Assembly: GCF_001194135.2 (NCBI RefSeq)
Contig: NC_069002.1
Location: 12,814,432 to 12,878,431 of the forward strand
DNA: 64,000 nt
Source: Octopus bimaculoides
Lineage: Eukaryota
Direction of reading: 5' to 3'
Each line of letters opens with the position of its first letter. Within the stretch, counting starts at the first letter, position 1. The position numbers were made by a program, and so were the translations under genes. Of this stretch, positions 51,003 through 62,685 are shown in pieces. The notes beneath the pieces are model-generated. The model had not been told where the DNA came from and did no database searches. It saw nothing but the letters and a program-made list of their open reading frames with translations.

Positions 51003-51459
51003 CTATATTGAATAAACAAACCCTGTTTTTGAAGTTGGTTAATTTGCACACAGTGTGTTAAAAACAGTTTTTTCCTTTAGTTTTTAATAAGTAAATTGAT
51101 AAAGATTAAACACAATCTATCAAATAAAATCATGTTTTTTATTTACTTTTCTTAGTTTAATTTTCGTATGATATATTTTAAGAATTTTAAGTAAGTTAAT
51201 GGTGGTCAAACAGATCCTGCATTAAAAATGTATTCATTAGAATCTGTTAAATACAGTTTACTCCTTGACTTTATATCTTAAGCAAATATCTATACTGTGT
51301 GCAGAAAACCATAAAAAAAACAGAAATCCTGGACAATTCTGATCCCCCAAATGCAAGGTGATTGCTCGATACTGTGCTTCAATCAACAAAATTGCCCGCT
51401 AAGATGGCCGCCGACAGCACAGCCAGCGGATACAGCAGTGGGTTGGTGGAGTTACCTAC

Positions 51460-51478
51460 CTTCGTGAAACACTACCAT
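51460..51478 (-). CDS. THAP-domain gene, probable exon 1
   Basis: ATG GTA GTG TTT CAC GAA G|gtaggt. Phase 1 matches the exon 2 acceptor. Translation could instead start at the in-frame ATG 50928 just before the THAP domain. Confidence 0.6.
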
Positions 51479-51623
51479 TTTGCTGTGAACCAGCTGAATG
51501 ACTTCCGGTGGAAATACGTGGCAAATCGCCTGCTGCTGCGCACGCATTGCGTCCTCACTATCGACTTCCGGTCCCTTGTTAGCCAAGATGTCAACGTGGA
51601 GCTTGTTCGATTTCAACCACAAA
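51479..51623. promoter_or_regulatory. Compact bidirectional promoter shared by the THAP and p24 genes
   Basis: Divergent ATGs at 51478(-) and 51624(+). CpG-rich. GACTTCCGGT (ETS/GABP-type CCGGAAGT) occurs twice, at 51500-51509 and 51563-51572. Confidence 0.75.
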
Positions 51624-51765
51624 ATGTTTTCCTTTCAGCACCTCCTGCTACTGATTTGCTGTTGGTGTTATTTTGCGACTTTCTCAGATGCCTTATTTTT
51701 CCATATTAAGGAAACCGAAAAAAAATGCTTCATAGAAGAATTGCCGGACGAAACGATGGTTGTCG
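51624..51765 (+). CDS. TMED9: p24-alpha (TMED9/TMED4-like) exon 1: signal peptide and start of GOLD domain
   Basis: [47 protein letters not shown], donor G|gtaagt, phase 1. An in-frame upstream ATG exists at 51588. TMED9 versus TMED4 orthology cannot be resolved here. Confidence 0.93.
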
Positions 51766-51846
51766 GTAAGTGACAGAATATCCTCTCCACCCACAACTGT
51801 GTACATGAAATATACATCCAAGCATATATATGCACACATACACACG

Positions 51847-51878
<32 letters not shown>

Positions 51879-51964
51879 AACATACGTTTTATCTTTATGT
51901 ATGTGATATATATATATGTATATATACATATGTATAGACCTATATATACTTTATATGCATATAC

Positions 51965-51997
<33 letters not shown>

Positions 51998-52013
51998 CGT
52001 TTTATCTTTATGT

Positions 52014-52079
<66 letters not shown>

Positions 52080-55000
52080 CCTATATATATACTTTATATA
52101 CATTATATGTGTATACACACATACATTACGTATATCTATATACTTTTATATGTGCATCTATTTATTAAATGTATAAAGGTTGTGATATTTTGGAATGATT
52201 GATTAATAACTATACGCCTTTTCGATTTTACTCGTTTATTTTAGAAATGTTTCATACTTTATTTGTTCTTCCTTCTATAATCTGCCTCTATCTTTCCGTT
52301 CGCCTACATTTCCCCCTCTATTTTGTCCGCCCAGACTCTTGTCTATCAACATTGTCTGACTATATGTCTACTCAGCTGTTTATCTATCTATCTATCTGTC
52401 TATCTTTCTATCTATACATATCCTGTCCCGATTTCCACATCACCTTCATTGAATATATACATGTATGTGTGTGTGTGTATATATAAATGTATGTATACAC
52501 ATACATTACGTACTATATATAGTGTATATATACATAGTCACATATATGTGTATTTGATACTGTTTGTGTGTATATGCAGTTACAAAAACAGACGTTTGTG
52601 TACCTGTCTTCGTCTTTTTTCTGTAAATTTGGAATATATACACACACTTATCTCTCCTTCTACACACTACAAATGCATATATTACATTTTGTATGTGTAT
52701 ATGAACAGGTGTTTCTCCGTGTGTGTTTGTATAAAGATGATCTGAGTATTGTGTTTGTAATCAATCTGTTACACCTGACAAAAATCCAGCTTGTCCAATT
52801 TATGTACAGAGGATAGGTTAGAAATAGAAGCCTGGTGCTTATTTTATTGCCCCCCCCCCCTTTGCCCAACCGCCTAGTTAACAGGATGTAAACACAACGC
52901 CGGTTGTCAAAAGCACACAAACACATAGATACGACGGACTTCTTTCCGTGTCCGTCTACCAAATCCACTCAAGGCTTTGGTCAGCCCAAGGCTAAAGTAG
53001 AAGACACTTGCACGCAGTTGGACTGAACCCAGAATCATGTAGTTGGGAAGCAAACTTCTTACCACACAGCCACGTCTCTCTCTCTCTCTCTATATATATA
53101 TATACACACGCATAAATGATCGGAAGTAGTTACACCTGTTGTTTAACCCTAGGTTAGCTCTGTGCCTCTTATGATCATGTAGTTTTCCAACCGTGTCTTT
53201 ATATCTAAAGACGGTATGAATTGAGGGAGATTTGGCTGCTCTTTTTAGTGATGTACATGTTTCCTACTGTTGTTGTTCATTCCCAAGGCGGCTCTGTTCC
53301 AGCAAATCAAAGGCATTCTAGCCATGATCATCCCGTCATATTTTTCAAACATTGTATTTTGGGCGACATTATCTCACGTGTACATTTTTAAAGATGATTG
53401 TGTTATAGCAGATCCATGTCTTGTCGCTTTGTGACAATTGTTGTTGTGAGTGTTGTAGGGATTTTTTCTTGTCTCCACAAAGATAAACTCCCTCAGCAGT
53501 TGGAATCCACGAGTGTGGTTTCCATTTTCCCTTTCGGGGCCATTTCATTTCCATTTACTTCGCTAATGTCCTTCAAGGAGAAGAACCACATATGTTAACA
53601 CAATTATAACCCGAAACCTTGTGGTCATGAAAAATATTTTAAATTCACTTATCCCCCCCCCCCCCATTTTATGTTTCTCTTTTCTCTCTAGTCTGTTAGT
53701 GGATGTGTTATTTTGACAATTATTGTTCAGCTAACTCCTTGTTTTTGTTGTTATTGGGTTAAATTCAGAATTTGAGGCAGACTGGGAATGGTCCACGTCG
53801 AGAGCATTTAGAACGTAGGGGGAGGAGGATGTGTGGGAGAATTCATTAAATTCAATTGTGAGGTCAGATGGAGAGAGGGAGGCGTTATGAGGACGGAAGG
53901 GTGGTGGTGGTGGTGGAGAGAGAAGTGAGAGCGTTTTGTGTTTTTTTTTCCGGTTGATAAAACCTTCCTCTTTTTCTGCACCATCCGCTGCTGCCATTAT
54001 GTCTTGGGTTTAACAGTTTTCAGTTTATAAAAAAATAAGGTCGAGCTATTTACCCCCTACTCCCCTCCGCTTCTGCACGAATCGTTAGAATATCCGGAAA
54101 AAAAAAATAGTTTGCAATATTTGTCCTGGCTCTGCCAAGGTCAACTTTGCTTTTCTTCCCACCAGGGTCGATAAAATAATGTACCAGTCAAGTACTGGGT
54201 GCGGAAATATAATCGACTCACCTCCTCCCACGGATATGAGGCTTCCGATGTCTCTGTCAGAAATAATTACATAGTTACACGTCAGCCCCCGATCCAGCAA
54301 GTCTACAATGAACAGTATTCCAGCCCAGCTGTGACAGTCTCCTCTCTTAGTCAGATATATTGCATCTAGGATTTTATTTTCAAATATATATATATATTTT
54401 TTTGTTCCTATTTCCAGCCTCTTGTTGTCATGTTTTATAAATAGAAAGTTATTAGTTAAACAGATTTGCAACATTAATTCCATTGAGATAAGCATTAGTA
54501 AATGTAAATTTCGGCTGCGAATTTGAATGGGGGAACATAGTCTTGGTTCAACTCCTGTTCCACAGAAACCGAAATCTACCCGTGATCCGCAAGTAACTTT
54601 CTTGGACAGATCCGGAGTTCTTCATCCTTCCGGTGCTTTACACTTCAGCGCTTTATATTTGTGTTTAACCTATGCGTTGTGGGTTCTCTATATATTAGTA
54701 AATGGAAACCCATCGGTTTCGACAACGAACAACATTCACTCCGATCAGCTGAACTTGATTTCATTGCGTGTACTTGTAACTTTTTGCCTGTTCTAACCAG
54801 TTTCATAAGTTTGTCCTAAACGTCCATACTTGTTTACAGACTTTTATAGTCAGCCCTTGTTTCATTCTGAGTAATATAAAACTTTCCTTCCGTAAGCCCC
54901 AAGTTACTCTGGTGAGTGAAAAAAAAAAAAGAAGGAATATTGGGAATGTGTATCAGATATGATGCCGGGCAAATATGGTTTGTGTATCACATAGGATACA

Positions 55001-55852
55001 CAGCAGGAGAGACAAAAAAAAGGGTAGTATACATTTTCAGCTAGAATCAACGTGATACTATTATGATACAGGTTAGACCTTTCACTTGGATTTTCAATCC
55101 ATCCGAAGGGCTTCCAATCTGTTTTCATCTGTGCAGTGGAATCATACCGAAAAACTAGTGATTACAAAACGAATTTCCTTATCGTTCGTCTACTGCAATC
55201 AGTCTCCAAGGCCTTTCTACAGAATGGTTATGAGGTCAATCTTTCACCGAAATACGCTATTTAAAATGGAAAGCAATAATATAATTTGTTCTTTTGGTTT
55301 AGATTAACCATTTACAAATTACGCCCCTTTGGTAGTGTCAATGGTGTTGGTGAAATCCCACGCCCATGTTTTTTTTTTTTAATGTGCAATTTTATGAGTT
55401 TTATGAGCCATCACAACACCTGTCTAATTAGTTGAGCTCTATTGTAGTTCCTTGTTTAGCTTCTTATTCATTCATTCACAATCTGGTAAGACTGCCTTCG
55501 CGTCAGAGCTGGTACTTGACTGACTGGTCGCTAGTTGGACGAGAGAGGGGAAAGTAAAAGTGAATTAACGGCTACAGGCCAGAACAATTAAGTAGCTGAT
55601 TTATTTCAGATGATGCCGCTTTACGAACGTAATGGTCGTACTAATCGTTTAGGTCACTCCTCTTCGAACTGACAATGTTAACCAATTGTTTCTTTTCTTT
55701 TAGTCGCGTAATAAAGATTACGTTATATTTGTGTGTGTTAAACTGTAGGGTACGATTTGGTTGCTCTTTCTAGTTAGTCGAACGAGCAACCACGTAGAAA
55801 CTCGTTTACTGGGTGATATTAGCAGTGTTGGGAATGGTGTATTTAGAAACGA

Positions 55853-56222
55853 CCAAGTGGTTGTGTGGTAAGTAGCTTGCTTACCAACCACATGGTTCTG
55901 GGTTCAGTCCCACTGCGTGGCACCTTGGGCAAGTGTCTTCTATTATAGCCTCGAACTGACCAAAGCCTTGTGCGTGGATTTGGTAGACGGAAACTGAAAG
56001 AAGCCCGTCGTATATATGTATGTGTGTCTGTGTTTGTCACCCCAACATCGCTTGACAACCGATGCTGGTGTGTTTACGTCCCCGTAACTTAGCGGTTCGG
56101 CAAAAGAGACCGATAGAATAAGTACTAGGTTTATAGAGAATAAGTCCTGGGTCGATTTGCTCGACTAAAGGCGGTGCTCCAGCATGGCCACAGTCAAATG
56201 AGTGAAGCAAGTAAAAGAGTAA
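55853..56222 (+). mobile_element. SINE family C, near full length
   Basis: Matches 9204-9584. Confidence 0.88.
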
Positions 56223-56789
56223 TAGCAAAAGTGAGTGGAGGAGCTTTGATGGCAAAAACATATTCTTGCCTTTTATAATAGCATATGCTTTGAATAGTCC
56301 ATTGTTTGGGTTAGTTCATTTTTTTGTGTATAATGTTTTTGACTTCTGGTGCAGTAATAATAATAAGGAATGCTTAATCCAAAACATTGACGGTCCAAAT
56401 TCATGTGACAAAACCATTGTCAGTAAACTATTCCAAAACAGGCAGCAGTGGCATGGCTTTTTTGTTTTTGTTGTTATACTCAAGATTCTGACCTTTCTGA
56501 CACCCATGAAATCTTGGTAAAGTGATCTTGAGTGTAAAGGGTTTATTAGCCTGGGTCCTAAACTGATAAAACTATGACAAAGGAGGAGAAAAGTATACAA
56601 GAAGTGAGCAAACTCTTGTCAACGTGGACTTCTAACATATTTAGAGCAATGAACCATGCCTGTTCTTTTTATTATTGATTAAGAACAGCTCAGCTATTTC
56701 CTGTGGCAACTGTATTGATTTTTAGTCAAATGAACAACCATTTCCTTCTTGTTTAGTTTCCTAAGTAGGTCGGCTCTTTTTATTTATGC

Positions 56790-57080
56790 GCCCTTCTAAA
56801 GCCTAACCAGGCTCATGGGCCCGGTTTCTATGGTGTATGTGTTCCCCCCAGCTGGACGGGACACCAGTCCATCACAGCGTTACTCAAGAAACAGGAAGAG
56901 AGAGTGAGAGAAAGTTAGGGCAAAAGAGTACAACAGGGGTTGCCACCATCCCCTGCTGGAGCCTCGTGGAGCTTTAGGTGTTTTCGCTCAATAAACACAC
57001 ACAACGCCCGGTCTGGGAATCGAAACCGCGATCCTCCAACCGCAAGTCCGCTGCCCTAACCACTAGGCCATTGCACTTCC
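56790..57080 (-). mobile_element. SINE with family-A head and a different 3' body
   Basis: 56880-57080 matches the family A head. 56790-56880 reads gtgatggactggtgtcccgtccagctggggg on the minus strand instead of the family A body. Confidence 0.7.
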
Positions 57081-58718
57081 TCATGTTGGCTCTAATTGGA
57101 GTAAAAAAAACATTTAATATGAAAGAAAAGAGAAAAGCAAAAGAGTTTTATGATTTGGCTGACACAAATCTTGTTGCTGAATTTCAGCAAAACCACTGAT
57201 GTGTATTACTGTCTCCTTACATGATAGTTGTAAACAAGTGTCTCCATCATGCAAGTGGTGTCCTTCATTTCTAATTTTCAGTGAAGACATGTCTAGCTAT
57301 GAGGAAATATTATCTTGTTTGGAAACAAGTGAGTGGTGGTGACAGGAAGAGCATCCAACTGCAGAAAAATACACTTTAACAAATTCTGTCCAACCCATGC
57401 AAATATGGAAATGTGGACAGTAAAACAATGGTGTGTGTGTGTATCATCATCATTTAACATCCATTTTCAATGATGGCATGTGCTGGATAGTTTGACAAGA
57501 GCTGGTCAGCTGGGGAACAGTCCAGTTTCCAATTGTCATTTTTGGCATGGTTTCTACAGCTAGATGCCCTTCCTAATGCCAGCCACCTTACAATGTGCTG
57601 GGTGTTTTGTACATGCCACTGGCATCGGTGCATTTATGCAACACCAGCATGAGTGCATTTTATGCGGCACAGGCACAAGTGCATTTTATGTTTTACATCA
57701 TCATCATCATTTAATGTCCGTTTTCCATGCTGGACGGTTTGACTGAAAACTAGTTGGCTGGGGAGCTGCACCAGGTTCCAATTTAATTTGGTACAGTTTC
57801 TATAGCTGGATGTGCTTCCAAACACCAACTGCTCAAAGAGTGTAGTGGGTGCTTTTAACATGCCAGTTATGAAACACTGGCATCAGCCATAACTACGTCA
57901 CTTGGCTCGACAGGTCTTAAGCACAATATATTGCCAAAGGTCTCGGTCACTTGTCACCGCCTCAATGAGGCCCAAAGTTCGAAGGGTACTTTTTACGTGC
58001 CATTGGCATGGGAGCCAGTTACACGACACTGGCATATACATGTGTGTGTATATGTATATATATATAATATATATAGATAGATAGATAGATATACATACAT
58101 ATACATACATATACACATGTATTTGGTTGCATCACTGAGTTCAAATCCATTCAATGTCAGTTTTGCCCTTTCATCCTCCTGGAGTTGAACTTTCTTAGTA
58201 CTTTAAGTTGTATTTAAATATGGGGGGGTTGATGTTATCAATTGTTCTCCTTCCTCTAAGGTGTTTGGTCCTATCTTTATGTAATAAATTATTATTAAAC
58301 CTGGTAAGCTGACAGAATTGTCACTATGCTGGACAAAATGTTTAGTGGCATTTCATCAATCTTTACATTCTTTGTGCAAATTCCACCGAGGTCCTTTTGG
58401 GGCTGATGAAGTAAGTACCAGTCGAGCACTGGGGTCAATGTAATTGACAAGCTCCCCTCTCCCAAAATTTCAGGCCTTGTACCTATAACAGAAAAGGGAT
58501 TTTTATTATTTCTGTGATTAAATAAACCAGTTTTACTGTTTACTGCAACCATCCTTATTAGTTTGTACCACTATATTGTGAAATAAGAGACCAGTGTGTG
58601 TTGTGTTCATGTGTGTGTATCTTCTTGTATGAGTGTATGTGCATGTATTGGTATGTGTATGTTTGTGTGTATTTACATTTGTTTCACTGCAGTTTAACAT
58701 GTAGCTTTCCCAGGTATA

Positions 58719-59591
58719 TATGAAGGGGTCCCCAAAAGTAACCGGAAACATTTTCTGTGGGACAAGCTCATTGTAGTTCAGACTTCCACTGCTAGGAGCC
58801 ACTTGATGTGACCCTCAGGCATCAGTCTGCCAAATGGCGTTGTCCAGTGAGGTTATACTGCCATCTAGTGTGTCTTTTTGCAGTGCTTCTCCCCTGTTCG
58901 GTGATTTTTGCAATGGCTGAAACAAAGGAACAATGTGCTTCTGTGGGGAAAACGGCAGCTGAAATAGTTATCAAGCTTCAAACAGCTTACAAGGATGCTG
59001 CTGCCATGAGCAAAAACACAAGTTTACGAGTGGTTCTCAGGATTTAGGAATGGTCACGTGTCGCTTGAGGACCAACCTTGTTCATGGTGACCGTTGACCT
59101 CTTGAACAAATGAAAACATCATGATAATTCATGAACTGATCTTGGAGGACCGTCACCAAGCAATTGACAAACTTGTTGATATGACTGATGTGTCCTGGAG
59201 CTCCTGCCAACGAATTTTGAGCAAGGAATTGCGAACGAAATGAGTTGCAGCAAAATTTGTGTCTTGCTTGCTCACAGAAGATCAAAAGCAGNNNNNNNNN
59301 NNNNTGAAAGACCAGTTGGACGTTGATCAGGACCTTTTTTTTTTTTTGAAGGTCATCATTGGTGATGAAAGCTGCTGCTATGGAATTTGCAGATGTGGAA
59401 GAGGTGGAGGAGTTAAAAGGCATCACTTTGCAAGAATTCCAGTACTGCTTCCAACAGTGGAAAACGTGTCTGAACTGATGCATTGCTTCAAATGGGGGAA
59501 TGCTTTGAAGGCGATAGAAGTGTAAACACGTAAAACTAAGTGAATGAAATAACATTGCAAAATTCCGGTTTCTTTTGGGTACCCACTCGTA
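58719..59591 (+). mobile_element. Internally deleted mariner transposon
   Basis: Termini match at 24/29 nt (TATGAAGGGGTCCCCAAAAGTAACCGGAA vs TACGAGTGGGTACCCAAAAGAAACCGGAA). Decayed transposase MAETKEQ..GKTAAE..AYKD..VYEWF..ILEDR..SCQRIL..AAKFV. Confidence 0.88.
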
Positions 59592-59654
59592 CATATATTG
59601 GTTGTTTTGAATTGATTAGGACATGTAATATGATTGATTTTCACCCATTTTCAG

Positions 59655-59770
59655 GCAAGTATAAAGTTGAGATTTTTGACAAGAATGTAAATAAATATGT
59701 ACCAACCGTTCATGGGTTGGGCATACACGTTGAAGTGAAAGATCCTGAAGACAAAGTTGTTCTGTCAAGG
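59655..59770 (+). CDS. TMED9: p24-alpha exon 2a (candidate mutually exclusive exon)
   Basis: ttttcag|GC...AGG|gtaaga. GKYKVEIFDKNVNKYVPTVHGLGIHVEVKDPEDKVVLSR. 116 nt, phase 1-0. Confidence 0.92.
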
Positions 59771-61039
59771 GTAAGACTTTATGAAGTAATATTGTTTTTG
59801 TTGCTTTGTTAGCCTCTTTCAACAGGTAATGCTCATCTGTAACGTAGACAAGACACTCATTTAGGTCCCTTTCAGTTTACTGCTGGCAAAACCCTCAATG
59901 TTTATTACTGCTGTTGCAAATATGGTTCCTAATTGACAACTCTGTAATTTGTTAATTAGACAAGGATTATTATTCATTTTGGTTTTTAACTTCTACACTG
60001 ACATAAAAAGAAATATGTTAGATGATAGGTTTTTGCATTTAAACTTAAAGCAAAAACTGAAGGGTATGGTGATTAAATGAGACAAGTTCCACCCCTTCTC
60101 GTTAAGGGTTAGTTGGCATACTTATGGAATTCCCAGATATGTCTTTGGGCAAAGATAAACTTGTTCCTGGTCTCATTTATGTTGGAGCCATTCATCTGAC
60201 AGTTTAACAATTTTTACACTCTCCATCATCATTAACCCCTGGACATTACTGTCCTGAGTCTAAGGACTCATAGGGCCAGTTCCCTAGTTTCCATGGTGTA
60301 TAAGTGACCGAGACCATGAGATTCTCTTTCAACAAGAACGCTAGTCCATTGTAGGGTTATCCATTTTCAGCTGAGTGAACTGGAGAAATATGAAATGAAG
60401 TGTTTTACTCAAGAACACAACACGCTGACCAGGTTGGGAATGAAAGCCATGATTTTGTAATGTCCTAACCGGTAAGCTATGTGCCTTTAATTCAACTTCA
60501 ATAAAATTGCTCCAGATCACTTTGTCTTTTCATCTCCTCATATATACCATCTAAACACCACCCAGCCATCTGCCAAAATTTCAACATCTACAGATCATAA
60601 TAGGTGCAGTGTTAACTCACCAACCATGCAACAAACTCATTTAGGCAGGAAACTTACCAAATATCCACTCACCCTGACTGAAAAAAATCTCTCTTTCTNN
60701 NNNNNNNNNNNNNNNNNNNNNNNNNNNNNNNNNNNNNNNNNNNNNNNNNNNNNNNNNNNNNNNNNNNNNNNNNNNNNNNNNNNNNNNNNNNNNNNNNNNN
60801 NNNNNNNNNNNNNNNNNNNNNNNNNNNNNNNNNNNNNNNNNNNNNNNNNNNNNNNNNNNNNNNNNNNNNNNNNNNNNNNTTTATAAAATTATATTTAAAA
60901 GCCAAAATGAAAAAAAAAACAAAAACCTTATTTGTTAAATCAAGAAACACCAGCACTGTTCTTTAATTTTCATCACTGATTTGTCTATTTTTTCCAGCAG
61001 CTATCTCATACCTCCCCCCCCCACACATACATGCATGCA

Positions 61040-61080
<41 letters not shown>

Positions 61081-61446
61081 TGTTGTGTGTATATTGATGG
61101 TTTTGTGTGAATGTGTTTGTTACATACAAGTAGTCCTCAAGACTCCCTTGTTCAATTTTTGCACTCCTGTAAATTTCAAAAGCCCAAGGAGGAAAAAAAC
61201 TAAACAGTCAAATCTTGAGGACTGCCTGTGGTTGTTTACTCCATTAATAACAGATTGAAATCTAACAATGATTCTTTTCAGACTGTCTTGTCTATGTCTT
61301 TTTTATTTTTTTTATTTTTATTATTTTATTATATACTAACTACATTCCAGCTATCACCATCATTGGGCTACCAGCACCTCTCTCTAGAGTTATTCACTGA
61401 CTTACATAACATATTTCATTTTGTTTCTACAACTGGTTCCTTGCAG

Positions 61447-61562
61447 GCAAATACAAAGTACAAGTTTATGACTACGCTGTCAAGGATTACATGCCCCCCG
61501 TACAGGATATCGGAATGCATGTAGAAGTGAAAGGCCCAGACGATAACGTTGTTCTCTCAAGG
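61447..61562 (+). CDS. TMED9: p24-alpha exon 2b (candidate mutually exclusive exon)
   Basis: ccttgcag|GC...AGG|gtgagt. GKYKVQVYDYAVKDYMPPVQDIGMHVEVKGPDDNVVLSR. 116 nt, phase 1-0. Confidence 0.9.
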
Positions 61563-62407
61563 GTGAGTTCTTGTGACAAGGGGAAGTCATCAATTTTTTC
61601 GAAGGTGTTCTCTAGTAATTGGTCTCTTAAGAATGGTTTTTTTCCCTCTGTTGCATTATTTCACTGAATTAGGAAGCACTAGATGACCATATCAGGGAAT
61701 TGCTCTTGCATGGCCTTAGCTGTTATGGCTAAAATGAACAAAATTTCTTCTTCGTTTAATAGCCAAAAAACAAATTTTTCATTTTTCTGTGTCAATATTT
61801 TAATATTGACACAACATTTCTGGTCTTTTTCTTTTAGTTTCCAATATTTCTTAGTTTTGTCAAGCATTTTTTAAAATGGATTTTGTGGTTTTATTGTTTT
61901 ATTTATTTTTTTTTTTTTTCCCTTTATTGACACTGGTTTTACAGGTCTGTAAATTTTTATCTTATAGTTGGTTTCTCTTCTCCTTTGTATTGATAAATAG
62001 GACCGATACCTAGTGTCCCTATTTGGTTCTACTGAGACAAGTAGAATAAATGATATGTAAATGTGTGTGTGAGAGAGAGAGAGAGAGAGATTTGTCATAC
62101 TCCACAATTCTACTTACTGTTGGTTATAACAAAGATAAAAAGTATGAGGTTCACATCTCTATATTATTTGTTACTGTGGTCTAGATACAGTTCATCTGTT
62201 GTAAACCTGGTCCTATTCATAATGTAGACTTATATTTAGGAATCACCATCGCAAAAGATGATTGATTTTGTTTTGACTCCTCACATTCTCAATTCAAACC
62301 CTACCGAAGCTAACTCTTTGGCCTTCATCCCTCCATAATCAATAAAATACCAACCAAGTACTGAGGTCGATGCAATTGACCCACTCCCTCCATTTCAGGC
62401 CTTGTAC

Positions 62408-62685
62408 GTCGTCGTCGTCGTTTAACATCCGCTTTCCATGCTAGCATGGGTTGGACGATTTGACTGAGGACTGGTGAAACCAGATGGCTACACCAGGCTC
62501 CAATCTGATCTGGCAGAGTTTCTACAGCTGGATGCCCTTCCTAACGCCAACCACTCAGAGTGTAGTGGGTGCTTTTACGTGCCACCCGCACGAAGGCCAG
62601 TCAGGCGGTACTGGCAATGGCCACGCTCAAAATGGTGTATTTTATGTGCCACCTGCACAAGAGCCAGTCCAGGGGCACTGGCAAA
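62408..62685 (-). mobile_element. Retroposon family D
   Basis: Near-identical to 10271-10545. Confidence 0.85.
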
